From: Octopus vulgaris
Taxonomy: Eukaryota
NCBI GenBank assembly: GCA_951406725.2
Contig: OX597823.1
Location: 46,624,001-46,688,000, forward strand
Direction: 5' to 3'
Length of the DNA: 64,000 nt
The translations under genes and the position numbers were made by a program. The notes under the pieces are model-generated. The model made no database searches and was not told where the DNA came from. It saw only the letters and a list, made by a program, of their open reading frames with translations. Positions 14,654 through 27,964 of the stretch are shown one piece after another (position 1 is the stretch's first letter; every line of letters begins with the position of its first letter).

Positions 14654-15314
14654 TTAATATGGGGTAGGACCGCCTTTAGCAGTAATTACAGCTTGAATTC
14701 TACGAGGTATGGATTCGTACAAAGTTTAAATTGTTTCCAAAGGAAATTTTGTCCATTCTTCAGCTAAAACAGTCTCCGGTGATGATGGTGGAGGACATCG
14801 GCTCCTGACATGTTTTTTCTAAAATGTACCATAAATGTTCAATGATATTGAGATCTGGGGACCGTGGTGGCCAGATAAGATATTCAACTTTACCAGAATG
14901 TTACTCGTGCCATTCAGTAATAATTTTAGCTGTGTGAACTGGTGTATTATTATCCTGAAAGATTGCGTTTCCCTCCGAAAATAGCTCCACAACCATAGGA
15001 TGAATTTGATCAGATAAAAGGCTTAACTAGTCTTGGCTATTAATTCTGCCATGAAAGGAAACCTTTGGGCCGACGGATTTCCAAGATATAGCCACCTCCA
15101 TGTTAAACAGTTAGAAGAAGGTAGTCTGGGTCAAAATGCTTCTTTTGGCTCTCTCTCCACACGTATACTCGGCCGGTGGTCGGAAATAAAATTCTTCCAC
15201 TGCTCTAGAGACCAATTCTGTAGGTTTTTACTCCACTCTAAACACTTTGCAACGTTTGTTTTTGAAAGCAGTGGTTTTCTGATTGCAGCCCTCCCGTGAA
15301 ATCCGGTTTTGTGC
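14654..15314 (-). pseudogene. Tc1-like transposase remnant (frameshifted, partly deleted)
   Basis: Minus-strand translation gives HKTGFHGRAAIRKPLLSKTN..LEWSK..NWSLEQWK, AIFQDNNTPVHTAK, WPPRSPDLNIIEHLW and a C-terminal LYESIPRRIQAVITAKGGPTPY*, all Tc1-family motifs. Confidence 0.9.
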
Positions 15315-15344
15315 CAAATTTTAAAACTAATATGTATATCTAAT

Positions 15345-15510
15345 ATAAGGCGGGGAGCTGGCAGAACCGTTAGCTTTCCAGCATTTCGTACGACTTTACG
15401 TTCTGAATTCAAATTCCGCCGAGGTCGACTTTCCCTTATGGGGTCAATGAAAGAAATACCAGCTAAGCACTGAGGCCATGTAATTGGCTTGCCTCTTCCT
15501 CTAAGATTTC
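15345..15510 (+). mobile_element. SINE family A, decayed
   Basis: GGCGGGGAGCTGGCAGAA head, TTCAAATTCCGCCGAGGTCGACTTT. Confidence 0.75.
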
Positions 15511-15822
15511 AGACTTAATGTATATCTATTACAGAAGAGAAAAAAGAATTGCATGATTCAAACGCTATGTCTCTCCTAAACTGTATTGCCGTATTGCGCG
15601 CGTGTGTGTGTGTCTGTGTCTGTCTGTGTCTGTCCCCATCACCATCGCTTGCTGGTGTGTTTACTTCCCCGTAACTTAGCAGTTCGGATAAAGAGACTGA
15701 TAGAATAAGTACTAGGCTTACAAAGAATAAGTCCTGAAGTCGATTTGTTCGACTAAACTCGGTGCTCCAGCATGGCCGCAGTCAAATAACCGAAACAAAT
15801 TAAAGAATAAAAGAATAAAATA

Positions 15823-15856
<34 letters not shown>

Positions 15857-15861
15857 GTAAT

Positions 15862-16452
15862 AAAATGGTTTGTTCCATGCTTGTTTTTCCGTTTTCGTTT
15901 CTCGTTGAGTTCTACGTCTAGTTGTGATGTCCTGTACTCACGTATATATTTATATATGCATGTATATGTACATGTAGATGTAGGTACGTACATATATATT
16001 TGTATGTATGCATATATTTTATTTATTACAGTATTGTTTGACAGCGCCCTCGCGTCGATTCGATTCGATTCGTTCGTTTCGTTCCGTTCTTCTTCTTCTC
16101 CAAGTACTGTTTTATATATTAATTATGACGCGAAATTCTTTATCTCTTTGCTTTACCTTCCCTTCTCTCTCTCTCTCTCACTCTTCCTCATCTCTCTCTC
16201 AGCCGCTTGTCTTCCTCTATCTATCTCTCTCTCACTCCTCCTCATCTTTGTCACTGCTAGCCAAAACTACTTCCTTTTTACATGCGGCCTTCAAACTGTG
16301 AACACACATTTGCTTTCCCTTGCGCTGCCAGAATATCCTCCGTCTAAGCCAGAAAAAGGCCTTTTCGTTTGTTTTCTTGTTTATTTTTATTTCTCGTATT
16401 GTATTTTCTTGTACGTGCCCCAGCATGGCCACAGCTCATAAGCTGAAACTAG

Positions 16453-16483
<31 letters not shown>

Positions 16484-16989
16484 GTATTTTTATCTTGTAT
16501 TTTATTTTGTATTTTTATTTGTTTCGTTTTTACGTCCTGTTTGTGTTACATTTTATTTTTTTCTTTCTTGTTTTTACCCCTCTGCGAAGTAATTTTATTT
16601 TAATTCTCTCGCAGGAAGGGCTAGTTTCGACGAGTCGTGTTCTGTCTTACCTTCGAAACACGATAGAGTTGAACTAGAGACAGCTGGTGAAGGGAATTTT
16701 TCCTTGTGTAGTTTGTCCTGTACTCTGTTTTTCTGTTGTAAAAAAATGGTTTGTTCCATGCTTGTTTCTCCGTTTTCGTTTCTCGTTGAGTTCTACGTCT
16801 AGTTGTGGTGTCCTGTACTCATTATATATTTATATATGCATGTATATGTACATGTAGATGTAGGTACGTACATATATGTTTGTATGTATGCATATATTTT
16901 ATTTATTACACTATTGTTTGACAGCGCCCTCGCGTCGATTCGATTAGATTCGTTCGTTTCGTTCCGTTCTTCTTCTTCTCCAAGTACTG

Positions 16990-16991
<2 letters not shown>
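15862..16991 (+). repeat. Direct ~250-bp duplication (15862-16111 and 16743-16991)
   Basis: AAAATGGTTTGTTCCATGCTTG...CTCCAAGTACTGTT occurs twice with few differences. Confidence 0.9.
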
Positions 16992-17048
<57 letters not shown>

Positions 17049-17186
17049 TATATTTATATATAAAGAGAGAGAGAGAGAGAGAGAGAATATGTATGTATGC
17101 ATGTATATGTTATATATATATATAATATATATATATGTATATATTATATATATATACATAAATGATTTATATATATATGTATATGT

Positions 17187-17340
<154 letters not shown>

Positions 17341-17520
17341 TATATGAACGTCACATATATGTACAGGACGTCACAGACCGAAAATAACATGAAATATGAA
17401 AACAAAGGAGTTGAATACATAAAGAACGACAGAGATAAATGAAAAACAGGACAAGTAACATAAAGAAAGACGGTTCTCCAGCATGGCCGCAAGCTAATGA
17501 CTGAATCAAATAAAAGAATA

Positions 17521-17733
17521 TATTTCTGTTTTGCCCACAAGGGGCTAAACATAAAGTGGATAAACAAAGGGATTAAGTCGATTACATCGACCCCAGTGCA
17601 TAACTGGTACTTATTTAATCGATCCCGAAAGGCGAAGTCGAATTCGGCAGAATTTGAACTCAGAACGTAACAAGTGACGAAATACCACTAAGCATTTCAC
17701 CCGGCGTGCTAACGATTCTGCCAGCTCACCGCG
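17521..17733 (-). mobile_element. SINE family A
   Basis: Reverse complement of family A with ...TTTAGCCCCTTGTGGGCAAAACAGAAATA tail. Confidence 0.8.
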
Positions 17734-17814
<81 letters not shown>

Positions 17815-17830
17815 CGTCCATGTATCTATC

Positions 17831-17896
<66 letters not shown>

Positions 17897-18073
17897 TCTC
17901 TCTCTCTATGTATATATATACATATAACGAAAACAAAATCAAACAAGGAAACGGACTTTTTTTAACAACGAAAAAACAGAGTACAAGACAAACAATACAA
18001 GGAATATTCCCCTTCATCAGCTGCCCCTGGTTCGACTCAATGCGTGTTTCGAAGGTAAGGACAGAACACGATC

Positions 18074-18107
<34 letters not shown>

Positions 18108-18114
<7 letters not shown>

Positions 18115-18291
18115 CAGAAGTTGCTGTCTGGTAGGTAGCTTGCTTACCAACCACATGGCTCCGGGTTCAGTCCCACTGCGTGGCACCTTGGGCAAGTGTC
18201 TTCTACTCTAGCTTCGGGCCGACGAAAGCCTTGTGAGTGGATTTGGTTGACGGAAACTGAAAGAAGCTCGTCGCATATATATATATATGTG

Positions 18292-18351
<60 letters not shown>

Positions 18352-18585
18352 CATATATGTATGTATGTATGTGTGTGTTCTTTTTTGTTTTTGGTTTTGT
18401 ACCCCCACTATCGCTTGACAACCGATATTGGTGTGTTTACGTCCCCGTGACTTAGCGGTTCGGTAAAAGGAACCAATAATATAAGTACTAGGCTTCCAAA
18501 GAATAAGTCCTGAGAGTCGATTTGTTCGAACAAAGGTGGTGCTCCAGCATGGCTGCAGTAAAATGATTGAAGCAAATAAGAGAAT
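18108..18585 (+). mobile_element. SINE family B with expanded internal (TA)n
   Basis: Collinear with 12017-12452. Confidence 0.85.
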
Positions 18586-18618
18586 ACGCACACATGCACA
18601 CACACACACACACACGCT

Positions 18619-18668
<50 letters not shown>

Positions 18669-19338
18669 TAGCGTACAAGGCTACGCATACTCGCGCGCCT
18701 GTTGTTAAGTTTTACGTAGTCGCAATTAATATGAATTACAACAACGTAAACGTTTTTTTTTCCTTCTTTCTCCTTTTTTTTTTTCCTTTTTGTCCTTTTC
18801 TCTTGCTGCTTTTCATTACCGTAGCGGCGACGGTGGTGGTGGCGGCGAATGTGGTGGTGGTGGTGGTGGTAGCGGCGGAGATCGCGGTAATGGTAGTAGT
18901 GGTTGTGGCGTTAGGCAAGCAGAGGCGTCAGCAGGAGAAAGAGGAGGGGGAATGTGTCAAGTAATCTTTATCTAAATATTGTTGTATACCTCCCCGCACC
19001 TCCGTCCTCCCCTTCACCATTAAACATCAAACTGTCCATCTGATTTATAATCTGATTTTACTTATTTATCTCTTATTTCAAGCAGCAGCTCGCCGCCTAT
19101 TGTGGTGCTCTCTTAAAGGGGCCTAAATAAGTCAAAACGCGCTATTTACGATAGGATAACAAGAAAAAATACTTAAATTTGCACAAACATACAATAATAA
19201 AATAAGCGAACCAGTCGCGAATAACATAAAACAAACGAGCCTTTCCTTTGAGACAAAATCTTAATAGCTTTCTTACTATTTATCTCTAACGCCGTGTTTT
19301 TCTTCTTTTTTCTTTTTTTCGTCTTCTTTATATATATA

Positions 19339-19560
19339 CTAGTCTGCTACCCGTCGCTTTGCTGACGGCAAAGGCAAGCATTTAAATTTTGAATTGTTTG
19401 TCTATTTCAAATGCTACATTTAAGATAACATAAAGTACACCGAGTTCAAATAACAAAGAATCACTGTAAAATTCAGATAGTTATCAGTGTTTAGGCACAT
19501 TCATGATTCGGAAAATTATTGAAACTTATTGAGGGGTTGGGGTTTCAGTTAATGTTTAAT
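19339..19560 (-). mobile_element. Helitron-like 3' terminus (far boundary uncertain)
   Basis: Minus strand: hairpin CCGTC(agcaaagc)GACGG a few nt upstream of CTAG|T at 19342-19339. Confidence 0.6.
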
Positions 19561-19631
19561 AAATAATGTTTTGTTTTTGGATTTGGTTTGCAAGATTCTT
19601 TATATGAGTTCGTGTGTTGAAGCATATTCTA

Positions 19632-19865
19632 TTGTGTCTGGGGAGAGTCATTCTCTTTTAGTACCTTATATTATTTAACACACTCACCGGTAAAATTTCC
19701 ACTTATTTCGTCTTTTTATTTTCCTTGAGAGTCAAGACTATTGAAAAGGTTGCAAGACGCAACGAAAATTTTAGGAAAATAAAAAGACGAAATAAGTGGA
19801 AATTTTAACGGTGAGTGTGTTAAATAATAAGGTACTAAAAGAGAATGACTCTCCCCAGACACAAC
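19632..19865. repeat. ~95-bp-arm inverted repeat with a hammerhead-like spacer (PLE pLTR-type)
   Basis: TTGTGTCTGGGGAGAGTCATTCTC...TTTTATTTTCCT (to 19725) is the reverse complement of AGGAAAATAAAAAG...GAGAATGACTCTCCCCAGACACAA (from 19773). Confidence 0.9.
19738..19774 (+). ncRNA. Minimal type I hammerhead, U3-A8 core variant
   Basis: cta-TTGAAAA-g-gttgc(aagac)gcaac-GAAA-at-TT-tag: stem I cta/tag, 5-bp stem II, palindromic AATT stem III. Confidence 0.5.
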
Positions 19866-19897
19866 AAAATAATGTTTTAATATTTGTTTTGTCCGTC

Positions 19898-20350
19898 AAT
19901 GTGGTGAGCTGGTAGAATCGTTAGCACGCCGGGCGAAAAATGCTTAGCGGCATTTCGTCTGTTTTTACATTCTGAGTTCAAATTCCTCTGAGGTCAACTT
20001 GGCCTTTCATCCTTTCAGGGTCGATAAAATAAATATCATCCAGTTAAACACCGGGGTCGATGTAATCGACTTACCTCTTCTTCCAAAAGTGCTGGCCTTT
20101 TTGTCACAATTTGATGCAAATATTTATTTTCTCCGTTAAGGTGGCGAACTAACAGATCTGTTAGCACGCCCGGCCAATCCTCAGCGGCATTTCGTCTGTC
20201 TTCGTGTTCTGAGTTCAAATTCCGCCGAGGTCGACTTTTTGCTTCTCATCTTTTCGTTGGCGATAAAATGGCGATAAAATAACACTAGGATCAATGTAAT
20301 CGACTTACCCGCTACTTCGAAGTTGCAGGCCTTGTACCAAAATTTGAAAT
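19898..20350 (+). mobile_element. Two tandem SINE family A copies
   Basis: Heads at ~19900 and ~20138, both with GAGTTCAAATTCC B-box. Confidence 0.85.
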
Positions 20351-20894
20351 CAATGCTTATTTGTTCGTTAGATTTCTTTCGTCAAACATTGTGTAACCTC
20401 TTCAACGACTCTCTGTCCTATGTATTTCCTCTTGCCCTGCCTATTCCATTTTGTCTTTCTATGGTCGGAGAAATATTTTGATATTGTTTAAACAGAATAT
20501 ATACTTTAAAAGTATTTCATTTCCAATCCATATTTACATTTGCTTAGATGACCGCTTCGTCTTTAGTTAGCGTACTGCTTTCATCATTATGACATGTCTT
20601 TCTGGTTAGGAGAGTGAATTGTAATTGATCGGCGAATATTCACAGGTCTGTTGGAGCGCTCATCTGCAAAGCAGCAGCGTTTAAGTGCTCGTGTGAACAC
20701 ACTAGAGCCGGAAGATACGAACACCTCCTCTGGAAACTGTATCTTTAACTCGTAAATATCAATGTATTGGGTATTTATTATAGGAAACTGCAGTCATTTT
20801 AAAGCGAATGGTATATTAATGTCAGACGATTGAGGAGAAACTCAAGGAATCATCTGCCCTCTTCCAGGATCGACACCACTAAGTTTGTAGATGA

Positions 20895-21368
20895 TAGGCC
20901 CAGGCTTGGCTGTGTAGTAAGAAGTTTGCTTCCAAACCACATGGTTCCAGTCTCAGACCCATTATGTGGGATCTTGAGCAAGTATTTTCTCTAATAGCCC
21001 CAAGCTGAATGAAGACTTGTGAATGGATTTGGTAGATGGTAACTGAAAGAAGCCCGTCGTAAAAGATATATATATATCTATGTGTGTGTGTGTGTGTGTG
21101 TGAGTGTGTGTGTGTTTGTGCATTCGCGCGCGCGCGCACACACGCAGAGACGTGTGTGGCTTTGTGTCTGTGTTTGTCCACCTCTACTTGACAACTTTAC
21201 GCCTCAGTAACTTAGCAGTCCGGCAAAAAGACTGATAAAATAAGTACCGGCTTTAAACAAAAAATACTTTAAACAAAAAATTCATTCTGCTAAAAAAGTT
21301 TTCAACGCGGTGATCCAGCATGGCCACAGTGAAATGACTGAAGCAATAAAAGCTAAAAGATAAAAAAA
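20895..21368 (+). mobile_element. SINE family B, diverged
   Basis: GGCTGTGTAGTAAGAAGTTTGCTT head, internal TA/TG tract, CCAGCATGGCCACAG tail. Confidence 0.8.
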
Positions 21369-21759
21369 TAAACGATCAATAAATTTCCAATAGTGTTTGA
21401 AAATTATTTATCGAGTATCAGTGCAATGGCCATATCTGGGTTCTAAGATTCAAAGAATCATTACAAGAGCTCCTGTTTTGGTTCTGCTGATATGAAGAGG
21501 CGGGACAATTTAATAAATTCAAACACTTTATTGCATAATCAATTTGATTTTTCTTCTGCTCCTGAGTCGACACATCACAGTGGAATTACATTTCAAAGAA
21601 GTTTATTTAAATTACATCATTTCGTGGCTCATCTTCGTTTTGTTTGTCTGTTTGTTTTTTGTCTTGTTTTTAATGTTAGAATAATTCTTGGCGACGTCCA
21701 TTGCGCATGTTTGTAGTGAGTTGCAAGATCGGTATAAACAAATTGAACCAACACTTTCA

Positions 21760-22190
21760 TTAGGTTATTCCGAAAATAATGGCCTCTCTAAATGTTGCGC
21801 TTTGAAACGCAATGTTATCATAATGTTTTAATTATATTTTAGGTGAATTTCGACATACTTAATGATTTTCTACTTATTTCAGACAGAAAACATTTTTGAA
21901 GCATAGGCGCCCTTAATTATGAACATGACAAAAAAGGACCTTCGCTTACTTTTCTTGCATGAGTTCAAGCGTGGGCATTATGCCTCCCAAATTGCTGCTA
22001 GTATCAACAGAGCATGGGGAGAGGGGTCCACAAGTGATCGCACAGTACGAAGGTGGTTTCAGAAATTCCGCTGATGGTGATGAGAGCCTTGAAGATGAAG
22101 GTAGTGGACGATCATTCAGTCTTGACAATGAACAATTGAAAGCAACTGTTGAACAAAACCCACGTCAAAGTGTCAGAGAAATGTCTCAGG
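21760..22190 (+). pseudogene. Mariner element 5' end with transposase N-terminal HTH region (ATG 21919, one frameshift)
   Basis: TTAGGTTATTCCGAAAATAATG TIR-like start; MNMTKKDLRLLFLHEFKRGHYASQIAASINRAWGEGSTSDRTVRRWFQKFR/DGDESLEDEGSGRS..DNEQLKATVEQNPRQSVREMS matches Mos1/Hsmar-type N-termini. Confidence 0.9.
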
Positions 22191-22400
22191 CACAAGACCT
22201 GAATTTTTTTTTTTTTGGCAGGGGGGAGGGATAGTCGATTACATCGACTCCAGTGTTTCACTGGTACTTAATTTATCGACCCCGAAAAGATGAAAGGCAA
22301 AGTTGATCTCAGCGGAATTTGAACTCAGAATGTAAAGAGAGACGGAACGTCGCTAAGCATCTCATCCAGGGTGCTAACGATTCTGCCAGTTCGCCGCCTA
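22187..22400 (-). mobile_element. SINE family A at the truncation point of the mariner
   Basis: Reverse-complement family A sequence. Confidence 0.8.
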
Positions 22401-23119
22401 TTAATATTTCGAATCTTTGCTTCGCCAAGTTCCAAGAAACATTTTGTGTGGTTGTTTATCTGATTAAACGCAGAAAAATTATTGTTGCAAAACTTAGCAT
22501 TAACTCTAAACGGAAGCCCTGTCCATTCACGCATCAGTTAGCGAAAATCATTGAGTTCTACAGATTACTGGGAGAATTTGCAAAAAAAATCGCCTCTGAT
22601 GACTGATAATTTATAACTTGTTTGAGATACTTGCATAGAATGAAAAAAAAATCCAAGACATAGGTATGATGAAAAAAATTTCCGAGTTACCTTTTAACTC
22701 ATTATAATACAAATCGAAAGTATTAGTGACGTCATAAAGTGCTCAGTCTTAATTAACACAGTTGTTTAATTTACCAAGAAAAATATTCGGATTGTTGCTT
22801 TTTAAACTCGGGCACCCGAGACTAAGTGTATCTAAGGTTAAAGGTTAATCTGATCTTAAACCTCTCCCACTTTATTTTTATACGGAGACTACAGTGTTTA
22901 CTTATTTCTTTTGAGACGGATGTGAAAGATTTGAGAGAAACTTGACTGTTATTTCTAGAAAATTGAACGGCCACATAGGGACTCAGTCAGATCTACCATT
23001 GGATCATTAAAAGCTGTTCTTTTCACAGTTGGATCGGGGATTATCAGAAACTGATAAAAGAAATGTTTTTTTTAAGCCCCTGATTAAGCAAGAGCCTTCT
23101 TTGATCAAAGGTATAATAA

Positions 23120-23562
23120 TTCTTTCTAATAAAGGCACAAGGCCTGAAATTTTTGGGGAGGGGACGAGTCGATTACATCGACCTCAGTGTTTCACTGGTA
23201 CTTAATTTATCGACCCAGAAAGGATGAAAGGCATAGTCGACCTCGGTGGAATTTGAACTCAGAACGAAGTGACAGGTGAAATAATGTTAAACATTTCGCC
23301 CGGCGTGCTAACGATTCTGCCAGCTCACCGCCATAATCAAAACCATAATAATCTTTTCTACTCCAGGCACAAGGTCTGAAATTTTGGCGGAGGTGGGCCA
23401 GTCGATTAGATCGGCCCCAATACGCAACTCGTACTTAATTTATCGACCCCGAAAGGATGAAAGGCAAAGTCGACCTCGGCGGAATTTGAACTCAGAACAA
23501 AGCGACAGTGAAATACTTCTGAGTATTTCGCCAAGCGTGCTAACGATTCTACCAGCTCACTG
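23120..23562 (-). mobile_element. Two tandem SINE family A copies
   Basis: Both show GGCACAAGG.CTGAAATTTT...GGAATTTGAACTCAGAAC...AACGATTCT.CCAGCTCAC. Confidence 0.85.
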
Positions 23563-23886
23563 CATTATTCAATAACATAATAATGCCATCTTTTTATATT
23601 TCTATTTTTTATTCAGATATAGTATACATCCCGTACACATTATGAAATATGCGTTGTCTGTCTTTTTCTTTTTTTTTATTTTTAAGATGATAGATTTTGA
23701 TTGAAGGGAGATTTGATAGTTGTTTCTGTCTGCAGGAGTTAACATAAAGAGGCCCTCTCGGCGGGTAGCGTTAAGTACTAAATGATAAATATGATTTTTC
23801 ATCATCTTTAAGATTCAGAATATGGTGGTGCTTCAGCAAAATTTGTGAAGAGAAGAAATATGTGGAGTAATCAAGAAATGAATGTA

Positions 23887-24406
23887 CCGTAAATCCTCGA
23901 GTATAATCTGCATTTTCCCCCAAAAATTTAAAGGTCAAAATCCCTAGTGCGTACTATATACGAGGTTAAAAATGAAAAATATTTTCTAAGCAATATCCGA
24001 GTCTCTATTTGATGTCCGGCAATGTTTATTTAGACGCATTTTGTGATGTCGTGGGCGAAAATACCTTAAGCAAAGCCTGAAAGCAATGAAGTCATAAAAG
24101 AATCATCCATAACTTGCAGCAAGCAACATTTATTAGAATAAAAGTATTCAGAACACAGAATAACGTAACAAAAACAATTTGCAAATATATTTACATTCCC
24201 ATATAACAGTTAAGAACATCACCATTATTGTATTACGCATGCGCGGAAGTGTTTGTTTGACTAGGTGCAGGTGGCTTAATTACGCACGACTCAAGTTAGA
24301 GAAGGGGTGCGTATTATACACAAGGTTTAGGTTTTTCAGAAGTACAGCCCCCTAAAAATCCCCTGCGTATTATACTCAAGGGCAGACTATACTCGGGAAT
24401 TTACGG
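23887..24406. mobile_element. Non-autonomous pogo/Tigger-like MITE, 520 bp
   Basis: TA TSD (23885-86, 24407-08); TIRs CCGTAAATCCTCGAGTATA / TATACTCGGGAATTTACGG; subterminal GCGTA.TATA..C.AGG repeats. Confidence 0.85.
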
Positions 24407-25344
24407 TACTTCATATTTTACAAATGGTGTTAAATACAACAATTTTTGTGCTTAAAATGGTAGTTTTGCAATACTTTCCCTTTACTTTTGTTCAGGTGGA
24501 ACTCTGTGACAGGAAGTAAACCATTGCATGCCAAGAGAGAAGTCCTTGCCTTAACCATATACTCATAATGTCCTACGAGTATTCTAGAAGAGCTTAGATA
24601 CAATTTAGTGAGCGAAAAGAGAATTTGAGTTGAAAAATAGGAGTCTACGGATAACTTGTACAGCTAAACATTTTATTATTGAATGCTTTTAGTCCGACTG
24701 TATTATAATTAATCATAATTGATTTACTGATATTTTTCAATGTTATTTTTTCTTTTCTATTTATCGAAGTTATGTCATCTATGCTTTACGTACTATCGGC
24801 ATTCTGACGAAAAGCATTGAATATTTGTGTTTGGCAGGCGGTTGTGGTAATTAGAACATCAAATATGAATACACAAGAGATGTATGTGAGACAGGATTTA
24901 GCAGCTAAATTAGCTTCTCGAATGATTAGGTTAAAAGTTAGGTTAGTTAGATGTTATAAAACGTCGATGTCAGTGACTTTCCAACGCTGTTTCTAACTGT
25001 ACAGGAGTGTATCTCTTTCTTCGTAACAGTGTTTGTTTTCTTAGACTTTTAAGACTATCTCTAAATTTTCAGCAGATATCTCTATCTTTAGAAAAATGTC
25101 TAAGGTTAATACAATGTACTGAAACGGTACAACGCTGTGTTTACAGGAATATATTTCTAATTGGAAATATATTTAAGTATATTCAAATTTTGCTTTTCAC
25201 CTTTTCAGGGTTGGTAGAAAAATATCATTCCAAGGTGATGATGGATCGACTGAACTGTAAGATCATCTGTTATTATGTCTACTTGACTATGCAATGACGG
25301 ACTGTTGGAAATGAACTTACGTATTCATTTTCCATATGTATTAA

Positions 25345-25557
25345 TTTTAAATTTTGGCACAAGGCCAACAAGTTTGGGGAAGGAGCTAAGATAATTACAT
25401 CGACCCCCCGGGCCCATCTGGAACTTATTTTATCGACCCTGAAGGAAGAAAGGCAAAGTCGACGTCGGCGGAGTTTGAACTCAAGATGTAAAGACGGACG
25501 AAATCCTACTAAGTATTCTGCCCGACGTGCTAACGATTCTGGCAACTCGCCGTCTTA
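25345..25557 (-). mobile_element. SINE family A
   Basis: Reverse-complement family A. Confidence 0.8.
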
Positions 25558-26092
25558 GCAAATCAAAAAATATTAACATTTCATTAAAAACCATTTTAGA
25601 TTGATTTATCACTATATTACTGTTTGCTTCGATAATAGTTAACATAATTGTTTCTTCTTAATGAAAAAATGTCAGTTTACTTCCGTTTTGATTTATTTAT
25701 ATTCTATAATTTAGTAAAGGTATTTATCTACACAAAAGTACCTTTGTCATATTTCTGAGTATAGTTAAATTTATTGGACACTAAAATTTTACCCTACTTT
25801 TATTTATAAGACCCTAGGTGGTTGCTCAACGTACGAGAAATAGTATTTAAATATCCCTCAAACCACTGTCTACCATCTTTAAAATAGAAAGGAGACATTG
25901 GGTTAATGTACGACGTCTGCAATAAATATGAATGGACGGTCATGGTTGGAATAATTGACAAAAATGAAGGGTTAAATAATAACAATATACTAAATACGTC
26001 ATTGAATGACACGAAAAATATTTTTAAAATCCTAACTGGAATTTCCTGCTACTTGAAGAATGGTAAAACACTTAGCGGTAATTGTTGGTTAT

Positions 26093-26441
26093 GCGGCGAG
26101 CAGGCAGAATCGTTAGCACGCTGGACGAAATGCTTAGCGGTATTTCGCCCGTCCCTATGTTCTGAGTTCAAATTCCATCGATGGCGACTTTGCCTTTTAA
26201 GAAAAAAAAATAAGGCGGCGAGCTGGCAGAAACGTTAGCACGCCGGGCGAAATGTGTAGCCGTATTTCGTCTGCGTTACGTTCTGTGTTCAAATTCCGCC
26301 GTGGTCGACTTTGCCTTTCATCCATTCGGGGTCGATAAATTAAGTACCAGTTACGCACTGGGGTCGATGTAATCGACTTAAAATCGTCTGTCCTTGTTTG
26401 TCCCCTCTATTTTTAGCCCCTTGTTGGTAATAAAGAAAAAA
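26093..26441 (+). mobile_element. Composite SINE family A insertion (truncated plus full copy) with 16-bp TSD
   Basis: TSD GGTAATTGTTGGTTAT at 26077-26092 and 26442-26457. Confidence 0.9.
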
Positions 26442-27177
26442 GGTAATTGTTGGTTATACTCGAAGAAAATGAATAATCATTTAAAAGAAAATAAGAATCC
26501 GTTTCTCTAAAACAATTTACATGCTTGAGGGAAGATCTCATCTTTGCTTGCAGGCAAGAAAGATCGTCGGCCAGGTTGTCACGTGGTATTTGATCTAGCT
26601 CTTAGCTCTCTGACTTCAAATCTCGCCTTATCTTAGCATTCTGAGTTCAAATCTCGCCATATCCAACTTGAGCAGTATACTTAACTCGTCAACCGTTTTA
26701 ACAACACTCGATCCCTTGGTTGCCTTTAGCGAAGTCTATTGTGTCACAAGCATTCGGGCCAGTTCTACGGTTTAGATATTATCCTTCCTCACTCCCTCCC
26801 ACCAGTCTCGATTAATATCCTTCTTCCTGACTAAAAATGTATACATATATACATCTCACTCGAGTCCTAGGATTCATAGGACCGGTTACCCAGGGAAGGT
26901 AAACACACCAGCACAGTTCGTCAAGCGGTGTGGGAAACCAAAACGATGCATACACACACATACATGTAGAAACACACTGACTTATGCACATACATATATA
27001 CGTACATGTATACAAGATGGTTGTAACTTGAATTAGATTAATGCACTTGTTTGGTTATTCTCTTAAACATAATCAGCACAGGTATGACCTTCCAGTTCTG
27101 CTCTTTTGTTATAGAAGTGACAATGCTTCGGAAAGTGGGTGTTATAGTATTGTTTGTATTTTTAAAAAATTTTATAT

Positions 27178-27471
27178 ATGCGCCCTTTTCAAGCCTAGCC
27201 AGGCTCATGGGCCCGGTTTCCCGGTTTCTGTGGCGTATGTGTTGACCACAGCTAGACGGGACGCCAGTCCATCGCAGCTTTACTCAAGAAACAGGAAGAG
27301 AGAGTGAGAGAAAGTTGGGGGCGAAAGAGTACAACAGGGGTCGCCCACCACCCACTGCCGGAGCCTCTGGGAGCTTTAGGTGTTTTCGCTCAATAAACAC
27401 TTACAACGCCCGGTCGGGGAATCGAAATTGCGAATCCGCTGCCCTAACCACTGGGCCATTGCGCCTCCACA
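27178..27471 (-). mobile_element. tRNA-derived SINE (family D, tail type 1)
   Basis: Minus strand GTGGAGGCGCAATGGCCCAGTGGTTAGGGCAGCGG...TTCGATTCCC head; tail GCTGCGATGGACTGGCGTCCCGTC...AGAAACCGGGAAACCGGG. Confidence 0.8.
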
Positions 27472-27964
27472 TTGTTTGTATTGTTTTGAGAAAATTTCAT
27501 ATGACGCTTCAGACTGCTTTCTGATGCACATTCTTTTCCAGACTCCTCGCACGTAGAATTAGCGTGCAATGTATAGTTATCAACTTTCCTGTTTCTATGG
27601 TTTCGCTGATGACTTCCAAGGCCCGCCCACCCATGCATACTCGTTACAAGTTAAACCAAACTAGGTAGGAATATACGCAAGCAAGTTAATATCAAGGCCG
27701 TTACAAAGATTTCCCCTAAACTTTTCATGCTCGTTACATCTTTGTTCAAATTCCCGCCACTCATCCTTTACTGTATTGTTCCACAATGAACAATCTAGAG
27801 AGAGGCTTTCCCATCCTTTTAGTAGAATTTTGACCTAACACTTTAATTTTGATTTGTGTACAGGTCTTTTAATCTGGGCTAACTCGCCAATCAGAAATTG
27901 CTTGGGGATCAGGTCGTCTTCTATCCTGACCATTCGGTAGTAATTGTTGATTAAGTACTACATA

